This document shows positions 1 through 13,815 of a stretch of 64,000 nucleotides of DNA, piece after piece. Position numbers and translations under genes: made by a program. This DNA comes from Trichoplax adhaerens (taxonomy: Eukaryota > Animalia > Placozoa), in NCBI RefSeq assembly GCF_000150275.1, contig NW_002060972.1, forward strand, positions 124,001-188,000, written 5' to 3'. Position 1 is the stretch's first letter; each line of letters begins with the position of its first letter. Below the pieces are notes generated by a model that was not told the DNA's origin, searched no databases, and was given only the letters and a program-made list of their open reading frames with translations.

Positions 1-1331
1 TGCAAAGCGAGCCTGTATAATATTTCATGACTGTTTCTAATTAATTGAAGGCTGATACCGTATATTTCACGAATTATGTTGAATTACGTAATGTTCCAGA
101 TCAATGACTTTAGCAATTAAAAATTATACAGTATGCACCTTAATAATTGTCGGATATTTTATGAAATACCGACTTTGAGTATAATTAAAATATGTAAAGA
201 ATAAAATAGTCTGCAAGAATATGCAATACTTTCAACAAAGACCAGCGAGCAACCTCCATTCAAATAGTTGTGTTTATATGGAAACTTTACACATTTACAA
301 ATTTTAAATAATTAATTTGGAGACATATTCCATTTATATCAGTAGTACCTTACTTTCGTCTAGTTGGCCAATTTCCTGCTGTAGTACAATAAAAATGTAA
401 CTTGGCTTGATAGCTATACAAAAATGCCAGTTTTACTAATAGATATTGGGAATAAATATAGAATACGAGTATTCGTAGAGACCGACTAAGCATTTTAAAG
501 TAGTGTATTGCCTGAAGTATGCCTTGCAAAATAACTTTTTTGCCTCAACATTTTCCTTTCCTGGCTAACATGCGATTATAGAACACAAGTCCGTTGTCAA
601 TCTAAGCCTGTAATAAAGAATAGCTCTACAGTCGTTATTTTGACAGGAGGTCGAAATAGTTTTATTTTCGATCAATCTCTCTCTCCTAGCCATTAACTTT
701 AGAATGATGGAACTGCATTTTTATACTTAACAAGGATATATGGGAAATAGAATAGGCTATGACACGGAGCCCGATCATAAACACGACAAATAATATCCTA
801 TACTGTACAATAACGCGAACAAAGTTATTCAAATACTGAGTCTACCGTATAGTAGTAATGAACTAAACATGTATCCAAAATGTTCAGCGACAAAGATTAC
901 CTTAAAAAGACGATTGGACATACAGTCCATAGGTTGCATTTTAAAGGCTGTTGTATGCTTCTAAAGCAATCTTATTTGAACATGTTGTAGTCTGTTCATC
1001 GCAGTATTTTTAGCTATGTAATATTGCTAATAAAAAGTGACCTTGTAATCAGTTTAGGTGTTCCACTTTTCAAAAGAATTTGTTTATGCTATCTCCATTT
1101 AGCCAAGTTCAATTCGAAATATACAGTACAATAAGCGACTAGATAGCAATAAAACTGTATATCACACCATATGTTAAGCGATGATAACAATCAACGTTAT
1201 TAATGTACTTGATCGTGGTTTACAACGTGCAGAATTTAAAATCCACAGCCTTCTGGACTATAGCTGTAGTTGCAAATTCACTCAATTGGCAGTGATAAGG
1301 TTCCAGTCTCTTATTCGTTTGAGATATGTTA

Positions 1332-1802
1332 TTATGCTAAGTCAAGCTCTAAGCAAACCGCTTTGGAAAGCGAGTTGTCCTCGTTGATGTCAGGGTGGAC
1401 TTGCTTAAAATCTAATGATTTATAAAGAGATAGGGCTGCTTTCAACTCTTTCAGAGTGTCTAATCTCATCCGTGTGTAACCAATATTCCGAGCTTCTTGA
1501 ATAACTGTTTCAGCTAAAGCTCTACCAAATTTTTTCCCCTGAAATTTTGGTCTGACATAGAGATGTTTCATTTCACAAATGCCAGGTTCCACTTCTCTGA
1601 GTCCCACACATCCAGCAACGTTTCCTTGGTCCAATGCCAGCAGAAGCCTTCCTTGAGGAGGTGCGTATTTCCCTGGTAGATTTCTAAGTACCTGTTGAAA
1701 TCCCTTGCAGCATGTATCAACATCAACAAACTTTCGATATTCTCGGAATAAACAACGAATTTCATCTAAATCATCAGGTATAGTGGCATTGACAATTTCC
1801 AT
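1332..1802 (-). CDS. Intronless GNAT-family N-acetyltransferase, bacterial type (156 aa)
   Basis: Complete ATG-to-stop ORF. It contains LPGKYAPPQGRLLLA-x5-AGCVGL, the acetyl-CoA motif A (EMKHLYVRPKFQGKKFGRAL) and C-terminal RLDT...AALSLYKSLDF. It has no introns, unlike the neighbouring genes. Confidence 0.92.
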   Translation of the reverse strand: MEIVNATIPDDLDEIRCLFREYRKFVDVDTCCKGFQQVLRNLPGKYAPPQGRLLLALDQGNVAGCVGLREVEPGICEMKHLYVRPKFQGKKFGRALAETVIQEARNIGYTRMRLDTLKELKAALSLYKSLDFKQVHPDINEDNSLSKAVCLELDLA

Positions 1803-1988
1803 CCTTATCCAATTTCATATAGGCAATCAACATAAGAAAGCTTTCGTACTCGCAGTTGCCAACGATTTGATAAGTGTGATAGTCTGGACTACAGTGGCGG
1901 CAAATTAGCCTTTACACTACTAAATTCAGTATAGTACTATACTCTGTGTAGAGTACTTTTGGGGTCCCAGATACCGCTCTATATGCAG

Positions 1989-2686
1989 ACAGACAGACGC
2001 CCTAGTGTGCTTTCTGCAGTGGGCAACTACCAGGGAGGTAAGGACTAACTTCTGTTTTCATAGTTTTCACGCTAAATTGAATTTTAAGTTTATGGTACTA
2101 TATATTTCTGCCTAAAACAGACAGATGCCCTACTGTACACTAACTACCAGGGAGGTAAGGACTAACTTCTTTTTTCATAGTTTTCACGCTAAATCATTGA
2201 ATTGTAATTTATAGTCACCTCCTCTGATTTCTTTCTTAAAATTTATTTTTACTTATGGTATACATACTGTACAGTATAACACATATAGTATATTACAGCT
2301 TATTATAATTATATAAGAATATAGTGTGCTTTCAAACAGCCAACCAATTAGATGCGAGAGATAGCCGATACACAAGTACACAAACAAATAACGGACATAA
2401 TAATTTTCATATATAGTACTGTATATAGATATAGATATACAGTTGATATATATAATATATATGTAATCTCTCTCTCTATATAAATAGATAGATAATTAAA
2501 AAACGAATTTTGATGAAAAATCAGAAGAGACGGAAGGAAAGACAGGATTGCTAATTATAAAGCGTAACTAATGTTTCTATAGAGTAAGGGACTAGTTTTG
2601 GGCAGAAATATACTATGAAATTTATAGTATAGTATGAATTACAATTAAAGTATTTAGTGTGAAAACTAGGAAAAAGAAGTAAAGTA
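1989..2686. repeat. Foldback/MITE-like element: tandem ~120-bp direct duplication plus an inverted arm
   Basis: The block acagacaga(c/t)gccct...aactaccagggaggtaaggactaacttct...catagttttcacgctaaat occurs at ~1989-2080 and ~2117-2200. The reverse complement of ~2595-2685 matches it (acttctttttcctagttttcacactaaat...tatatttctgcccaaaac). The centre is rich in TA/CT microsatellite. Confidence 0.65.
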
Positions 2687-2890
2687 GTCTCTGTAATATT
2701 ATTGCTCACTTATCTACTAATCAGTATAGCGGTACGTATATCTCTCTCTCTAGTACCTGACGGACTTAGACTAATAAAATTCTCTTCTCTGAAGCAGCTC
2801 TCTCGTCTCAGTCTATAAGTAGAAAGACATATTGCAGTCTCTGTGACTACACTGTACCCTGAGAGTATATAACAAAATATATATACTTAA

Positions 2891-3200
2891 GTCTTGCTGT
2901 CACACACCACTAGTGACAAAGTAGTCTACACACACCAATGATTATGAAGAGCGCCTTTTTAAGATTTAAAGAGACAAGATTAGCTATATCACCATATAAC
3001 TCAATTCCAACGACTGAATACTATAGTATGATGTAGACGAGATAGTCAGAGATTTACTACTATTTATTACTGAAGAAATCTTAATAAACAAGATTATAGT
3101 CTTGGCAATTTAATAGCAATTGACAAACTAGTTGACTAACTAACCGACTAATTAACTAAAAGGTGGTCTTCAGGTACCAGTCTTTTTATAGTCTCGTCAG
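2891..3200 (-). repeat. Dispersed ~310-bp repeat, copy 1 (inverted relative to copies 2 and 3)
   Basis: The reverse complement aligns over its length with 33283-33618 and over most of its length with 35520-35818. Confidence 0.9.
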
Positions 3201-3516
3201 GATTCCTGGTGCACATAAAATAAAATTATCCTTCTGAAGTTATAAACAGTCATTTTGGACCACCGTGCACTGAAGAGGGAGACGTTTCAGTATACAGCAC
3301 ATTACTGCATATTAGAAGTAAATGTACACTCACTATACTGTACAGTATATGTAGATAGAACGTACACTAGATATACTGCACTATACAGTATTGCATGTAA
3401 TGATGAGACTCGGCTTCTTGTTGCTGTTGGAACTCTATCGCATCACACGCCAAGTTGACAACTTGGCCAGAGACTTTTGATACTTTAATAAAAGAGAAAA
3501 GGACTTTCTTTCTTAC

Positions 3517-4180
3517 ATGCCCTAGACTTGAAGTGGTGGTAATAATCAGCATTTCAGAAAGATCAGTAAACTGATGCGATTTTGTTGAAGTGCTGCCAGT
3601 CAGTGCTCTTTAGTATGCATAGACAGCCTCATATCCATTTTTTTTAAGAATTGAATTAATAGATTGCGCTCAACTTCATTTATATCGCGGAACTGACTAA
3701 TGATCATAATATCAATGTATCCATTTATTGCGATGAATAGATCATCTAATTCTACTCAGATTCGATTTAGTATAGGCAAAACTAATATTTAGAAGTGATT
3801 TAAGACTTTACTAGAATAAAAATTTCTCGTATGGTTAAGCATTGTAAAATAATACTAACGGACGTTATGTTAGAAGTCTTTTTTGCAACCTTCGATATTG
3901 TTTTCTCAGGAATAGATATATTAATTTACCTATCAAGATCGAATTGAAGCATTTCATCTAAGTTATTATTACAGTGCTTCTTCTTAAAAGCAAAGTAAGA
4001 TTTCAATGAAATTTCTTATTCTTTCAATAACGATGAGCCCAGAAAGATACCATAAAGTATTTGCGTTAAAAATTATTATTTAAGCTGTGATAAGTATTGA
4101 TAATATCCATCTATTAGAAAACTTTGCTATTGTAATCGAATAATAAAATTATCTCATAAATTCATTAATAAAAGCCAGTC
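3517..4180 (-). pseudogene. Possible decayed tandem CARD/death-fold exons
   Basis: Minus-strand exon-like block 3810-3517 (AG acceptor, GTAAG donor, 294 nt). With frameshifts and stops it reads ...VERNLLIQFLKK-NGYEAVYAY*RAL...HQFTDLSEML. The upstream block contains ERIRNFIEILL, compared with ERVFQFIKILK in the Apaf-1-like CARD. Confidence 0.4.
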
Positions 4181-5853
4181 CTATTTATTCACATAATATA
4201 ATTAAAGCAAGACAATGATATTAAAAATTAGGCAAATGGTGAGGAAATAGATTAAGGCTTCTATCTTAACGATTACTATTTACAGGCTACTTCGCTAGCT
4301 CAGATCGTTTACTACTTAGAGTCTGACTAATTTTAGCATTAAATCATTTTAACTAGAGATTTCAAGACTGTCATCACATGTTCATATTGGATGATTTCAA
4401 TCATAGATAATTTTTCAGATGATAACTGCTAAAGATATTTCATCTTGCCGTTAAATAATGATACTGGCTACTTGCAGCATGTGAAAAATTAAATAATGGC
4501 CAAGTTTATAGTACTTTCAAGGGAAATTTTCTCGGCTGTTTTGTCATCTGAAATTACCTTCATTATCGACCCCCAACTGATCTTATACTACGTTGAGTCG
4601 ATCATAATTAATTGTAGCTCTAGCATTCACGCAGCGTTATTGCTTGACATGCTTATAGTAGCTTCCATTGATCCCTTAGTAAATTGACCTCTTCAGTTTC
4701 ATTGAACTTATGATTGCTTTGTGTTATTACTGCATATAAGTGGACGTGATGTTACGAGTGCACCAACGCTAATCATATAGGAACCGAAAATTATTTTTCC
4801 TTTTTTGGGGGGATTTTTATTCCACCTATGCGAGATATTTTACAAGGTAAGTAAAGAAATTGCATTCTTTGATAGGTACACCACAAGTGTCTGATGCCAG
4901 GATCGGCCAAGTACACTGGATATATTCTTATAGCCAATCAATTAATTAGCTAGAATCCATAGGTACTAATTACGCAGAATTTTCTTAGAAACAAACCTTT
5001 TAGAGCGCTTTATTAGCCAAAACATTTGTTGTAATACTTTTAGAGTTTATATTCATACCCAACAAGATTGTGCTAGATTTTAAGATATTTCTTTCAATGA
5101 TTCATCCACATTTTTAAAATGAAGTTATAGTTTCATTTGTTCCTTTGTCTATTGAGTCACGGTTATAAAAGAAGAAAATATTGAACATTTTACTGCTGCA
5201 TGTAAAATTTTTGGCATTTAAAACTTGAATTTCGATTAGAAGACGAAATTTTCTTATGCACGTAGAGATTATACTGCACTCCTACAAGGCGTATTCAATG
5301 AGATATATCTTTAATGTACTAAATACGAGTACATTATATAATGGGAGTATTATGCTAAAAATTCTCATTTTAATCCTATTTACATTAACATACTATTTAG
5401 ATTTAACGTAATATTATTGCTGCTCAATGATTGCATCAGCTATTTGATACTAGGTTATTCCATATTAAAATAAGTTAATTGTTACTAATTTATTTGATGA
5501 TGTAGTAAAGATATAATAGAAGAAATAAGTATAATAATTGCAGGATTTTAACTGTATCTAATTACAATATCTAGACTGCGTTAAAAAGTAACTATGGCCT
5601 ACTAATATCAAAAGTGAGAGATTTAAATGTTTATACTAGATTGCTTCCATCTTTATACCAAGGCTGGATACCATATTGATTTGATATTCGAAAGAAAGCA
5701 AGATCTATTTTCCAGATTAAGAGGCACTGAGTCAGAAATAGTTTTATGACTTAGTTTCTATATTTCATGTGTAATAGCTAAACTTAATCAGTAACGGCAA
5801 TCAAATCCATTTATAATTACCAAGCTTATACTTGTCTGTTTCATCATTGATAG

Positions 5854-8665
5854 AATTACGCCTGATATAATTATTAATTTGGATGACATCTGAAATCAGA
5901 TCAGTAGAAAAAGATATTTCTGTGAGTGTATTTTCCGAATTGAACAATAATAGCTAAGTCCTATTGCAATCTCCGAGTACAATAGAATAAATTCGTGCAA
6001 CCTAACACCCGGCTCTTGCTTACACTTACGAATTTTATAGACTTGCTCTGAAGCAGAGCTGATGGAACTTAAGCAACTAGCTAAAGATTACACAAAGCAA
6101 TATAATACTTTGGAAAATAAAATTTGTCAGCTGCAGGAAGAAAGGTATCGGGAACCGGTAATAGACATAGAAAGACCCAATCTTTATCGTTATGAATAAT
6201 CAGATTTTAACAAACGTATTCTAATATTCACTTTTAGGGATTTCTTATCATCTTATTTGGAAAAAGTACTAGCCAAAGTAGATTCCCTGCAATCAGTGTC
6301 ATCCTCAATTAGAAAACAGCATGCAAGCGCAGAGAAAGAAAAATCTTTGCTAGAATTAGAAATTGAAGAAATTAAATCAAAGCATATTGAAGAATTATCA
6401 ATAAAAGTAACTGTAATAGAAGCGGTGGGAAATATTATGTTTGCAATGATCATTGATGGTATTGTAAGTTAAACTACTTGTAACAACAAATTTCATTATT
6501 GTACTTTGCATAGGTGGAAGAAAAGTTAAACAAGGCTCACTTGACTATCAATCAATTAAAGAACGATAAGTATGAAATGGCGTTACGAATAACACAGCTG
6601 AAAGCAGGTAAAAATACAAGCTACATGCCATATAGCAATTCCCAACTCTTGCGAATTCGAGTAATGATGTTTTATTAATACAGAGGTAAGATTCGTAGAG
6701 GATAGCGAAGAGAATGCTATTTTGTCGAAACAGATAGAAAAATTACGCGAATCACTTTCAGCAGAACAATTATTAAAAACCCAAGTGAGTCTTGGATAAA
6801 TCATATTCTCCTCTGTTGTAATTTTTTCAACAACCAGTATTAAATTTTAGGCTGTTAACAAGTTAGTTGAAACATTAAATTGTAAGTTACCAAATGGATC
6901 AAAGGATAAAGAGAAGCAGCATTCTAAACAAGGAGATAAAGTACGTAGAAAACTGAAAATGAGTCAAGAAAGGGTTAAATTTTTTGTAGACTTTTGCGCT
7001 ATTCTATCGCACTTAAATCGAATGAAAAGTAATGACCGCAAATATAATATATATCAGGAAATCAAAAATTATAGTAAGATGGTAGCAAAGCTTCAAGCAG
7101 AGGTATCCAAATTGAAGAAAGTAAGTCATCAATATCTAATTTAGCAAATAGTTTCTCATAATGTATCGGCAATTTCTAGGTAATAAAACTAACTTTTTTG
7201 GTCCACAGCAACTAAATAAAGAAATGGAGGAGAAAGCACAATTAAAGGTTTTACAGGCGATTAGACGTACTTACTAGTTTACGAACCAAATAAATCCAAA
7301 GCAATGTTAGTTTTTGCGATACTGTTAATAGATGGATGTCAGCATTAAAGGCGGTGAAATTGAAAGATTGCAAGCTCAGTTAAAATCGCTTTCAGAAGTT
7401 TATACAGATAGATCTGCGGGTAATTTGACTTTTCCGTCGCAAGATAAGAATTTGCTTGAATCTTTGAAATTATCATCGATAAAGATGTATATAAATTTCT
7501 TCTGTTCAGTGGAAAGAGTTGAAGATTGGCTGTCAGTATCCAATGAAAAGGATACTAAGAAATATGACTGGAAAAAGCAGGTTAATTACTTACGTTTCCA
7601 GGTTCTTAATTAATTTTGTTCATCCTGCAAGTAGAAATTGTTCTAAATCGTGCTTCTCATCTTCGTGAGTAGTAAGTTGCAATTAGTAGTGAGCAAATCT
7701 TCTTTTACGCTAGCTTCATGCCAACGATAATTTTTGGTATTAAGGAAATGCCTTTAAATTGAATAGTTTCTTTACTCACTATAGGAGTTGAATGAAATAA
7801 AATTAATTTTAGATATGAATTTTCAGTAAACTTTTACAAGTTCGACCTGTAAGCCTAAGCGATATTAGTAATAAGGACAGCGTAGGCAAATCTTGTATTT
7901 TTTAAATATTATATATTGGCAAAAGGCGATCACTATAGAGCTGATGCAGTAAATAATTCACCCACGGTTAATGTAAGATCTGATTCCTTATAAGATGCTA
8001 CTGAGCCTATTTTCTACAACGGTAGCATTGGAATGACGAAGTAAAATTATTTTAATATTTTCAATTATCAGCCAAAAATTTATTTCCTTCGCTCGATTAG
8101 CATAGCAGATTTTGCACTTTCCTAATCTATTGTACCGTACAGTATAAAAATAAACTAAGGCTATGTGACATTAGCCTGCGTGAGATGCATGATTAAGATT
8201 ATTTAGCGTTTTCGATAAAGTCTTGCAATGAAATTTAATATCAACAATTACTTAATCGTTAGATTTGATCAAAGTGTAATACTCTGTGGAATACTGTATG
8301 ACAGCCCATTAATTTTGAAGTGATAGTTTGTCTTCTAATATGTAGACGTTATTGATTAATATGTTTGAAAGTTGGAGCTTACCATACTGCTTTCAAAAAC
8401 AGAATGCCATGCTAAAAGACATAAGAAACACGTAGATAAGCAAAAGCAAGTTATAGAAATGTGTCGTGGTGAGTTGAAAGAGTTGATCAAATTTTCTTCT
8501 TGAATATGTTAGGAATTTATGATCTAATTATTTTGAATAGTAACAAATGATACAGAGGTTGTAAGAAAACTATTAATTTTGGCTGAGTCTGCAGAAGAAC
8601 AAAACAACAGGTTTTTCTCTATTTCTAAAAGAATGATTCAATGGCTCAGAAGCCTCTTTGATTGA
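5854..8665 (+). pseudogene. ROCK: Rho-associated kinase (ROCK)-like pseudogene, C-terminal half only (coiled coil, Rho-binding domain, split PH/C1)
   Basis: Spliced exons give EQLLKTQ|AVNKLVETLN (Rho-binding domain), RVEDWLSVSNEKDTKKYDWKKQ|*VAISSEQIFFY, KLLQVRPV...IF*ILY, ECHAKRHKKHVDK and LLILAESAEEQ. These are colinear with ROCK (TLKTQAVNKL, IEGWLSVP..YGWKKQYVVVSSKKILFY, LFHVRPV, IFQILY). In-frame stops lie at 7673-7675 and 7903-7905. The C1 domain is largely lost and no kinase domain is visible. Confidence 0.85.
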
Positions 8666-11403
8666 AAATTCTTGCATACTTAATATTTTCTTGCACAGCC
8701 TCAGATTAAAGCTAATAAAAGCGTCCAGTATATATAATATGGCTCGTAATGTAGCCGATCATGATTACTTTTAATGAATACTTTACATGTACGCAAGATA
8801 TTCTGGTTTAATATTCCTAACTGCCTGGAAGAGAATATCTTATATTATAATTTATCATAGATTAAGCATCAAATGACAAGTTTATTGAAGCAAATGAAAT
8901 TGCTAAATACATATTTTAAAAAGCCTTTCTTACTTTTATTATTGCCAGGCCTTTAAATATTCTAGTAAAAAATCGATATACACTACTAAGGAAATCTTTA
9001 AAATGTGTATTTCGATGTCTCTAATAGTTCAGTTATAAATCACGATATCCTAAAGTAAGCAGAATTATTAATGCTACAACCATTGTAACTAACGAGGCAT
9101 GAGATAGAAAAATCTGTCTTACTTCTAACTTTAAAGATCGAACACACAAGAATTTACTTAGTATTTATAGGTGACTTAGAATGCCAATACTTACGGTAAG
9201 AATTAGCTAGAAAAATAAATTCAATGTCTATTCTCAATATGCTAAAATTTGGGTTATAAAGCTTTCGTTGTTTTACAGCTTATACGCGCATCTAGCCTAC
9301 TGATGTTATAGTTTCCTGATTATAGTTTGTTAACGTTGACATAGCTCAAAATTTTAAAGGATTCAAGTGAGTAACGTCTTAAAGTATATGGCACATCACA
9401 CTTCGAAAACGGCATAAATAAATAAAGAATCCTCATAACTTTTAGTTCTATTTCGGTACGGAAGTATCCTAGAGGAAGTATGTTACATGTGATCATAATA
9501 ACTAATGTAGTCTTCAACAGCACTGTTAATACGAGAATCTAAAATCGATATCATGCAAAACTCAAACAACGAAATGGACAAGATGTAGCTCAAGTTCTTC
9601 CAATATTAATTAGTAAAATACATTAAATGCTTATACGCCTAGCGTAACAAGTATAACCAGCTTCCGTAATCATTGGTCGCAGTATATACTCTTGCTTTTC
9701 TCATGCTAACCAGTAATGTATATTAAACATTCGTGTACCTACTGTACGAAGCTTGACCAGCTTCCGTTATCACTGCTGACGGTAGATACTGTATAGTTTA
9801 CAGCTTGCATGATAGCAGCTTCAACTACTTTCCGTCCGTCTCCTTTTGATGAAAGAATATGCAGTATTTGGAGTTTTCAGAAGCGAATAAAGTTTGTTTC
9901 ATCGATACTGGTTATATTTGTGCTTGAACATTACCTGCATCCATTAGCATGCCTTATCAAGAACATTATTACAACATTATACTGTTATGTCTGCAATGGT
10001 ATTGTTGTAAATCATATATTATAGCTTCTATATTCGGATAGTGTTTCAATTTGGTTAAAAAAATGAAGATAAGAAGATCGAAGAAAACAATATAGCATGG
10101 ATTTTGATTTCTGTTAAACCCCTACTTAATAGCATAAATAACTCATTTACTAAAATTACTAGGTGCTATCTAGTTATCTTCAGTCTAGTAAACTGTCTTG
10201 CATAATTATTATTACAATAGCACCTGTTGTACTATTGCTTTTTGGATAAGTAAATTTATATTATAATTAATTATTGGTGTGGCAGACTACTTCCTAACAA
10301 TTTTGTAGATCAATTTGAAGCATCTATAATTTTATTGCCTTCACAGATTATTAACAAATCAGCTCTAAGATCTAGATAGAATATTAACTATCATAGCTAA
10401 ATTCCTTAAGAACTACCCTTCTAAAAGGTACACAGTTAGTTATTGTACGGTAGTGAAACCTCGTTTGCTACTGCACCTTAAAACTGACCATAAACGAAGA
10501 ATTTACACTATTAATATTTGCTCCGTAATACTAAATTATCATGATTGATCTCGTACACTAAATTATGATACTGTAAATTTTACAAGTAGTCATTTTGTAA
10601 TAAAATAGTGCTCTATTTCGCTATTTGTAAAATAAAGATTTTAAAATTGTAAGTTATTACACTCATATAAACTAGTCAGGTAAGAATTGGAGGTGCTAAT
10701 AATAGTGCAAATATCATGCTTATACCTACAATGTCGAAGTAGAATTATTAACATTGGTATTATTAGTACATCATTACTAGGCTTTGATTAAACATTCACC
10801 ATTTCAAAAGTACATAAGCCAGTAAATTAAAATGCGGGAAGAGAATGATGCCAATACAGCTATCGATGTCAATGCAAGTGGCGATAACATTTGTTGCTCG
10901 ACATCTATAAAATAAAACTACGGCTTTAGTGGTAAGGAGGATGATTATCATAATGATTGACAATGTTAAGAGCTCCATTTTCGCCATTAATTTTTTCCGT
11001 ATTGAATTAAATTTACTTTAGAAAATGCTAGACAGATGGCATAAAGCGATATTCCTACTCTAAATATATCATTTGGCTACAAATAATGATAAATTAACAT
11101 AAACATCTTTAATAGGACTAATCGTACCTATTTCTGATTCATTCTTATAAATTGAAGAACAACTGTTATGTATTTAAATTGTTACTATTCCATTGTAAGC
11201 TTAACTATTAATAAATCGTAACTGTAAAAGTGCAGTAATTACATTGCTTCGATCTAAAGTTTAGTAATGGCCTCGACAAGAATAAACAAAACCGTATTGC
11301 TTAATCTCAAGCAAAAAAAGTTTTAGTACTACATTTGCTGGCTATACCATGGCTAAGCCATCACATGCTTGCTACAATGACATGATAATTAAAAAATAGT
11401 TTT

Positions 11404-13815
<2,412 letters not shown>

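Noticed and set aside
1803-1812. Shine-Dalgarno-like GGATAAGG before the GNAT ATG
   Set aside because: It abuts the start codon with no spacer and could equally be a splice-acceptor context, so it is not usable as evidence of bacterial expression.
5840-5925. Kinase catalytic-loop remnant (FIIDRITPD...HLK)
   Set aside because: It needs a frameshift and is better explained as the ROCK coiled-coil exon preceding 6041 (..RYF|T..ELK, compared with QYFS|TLYKTQVKELK).
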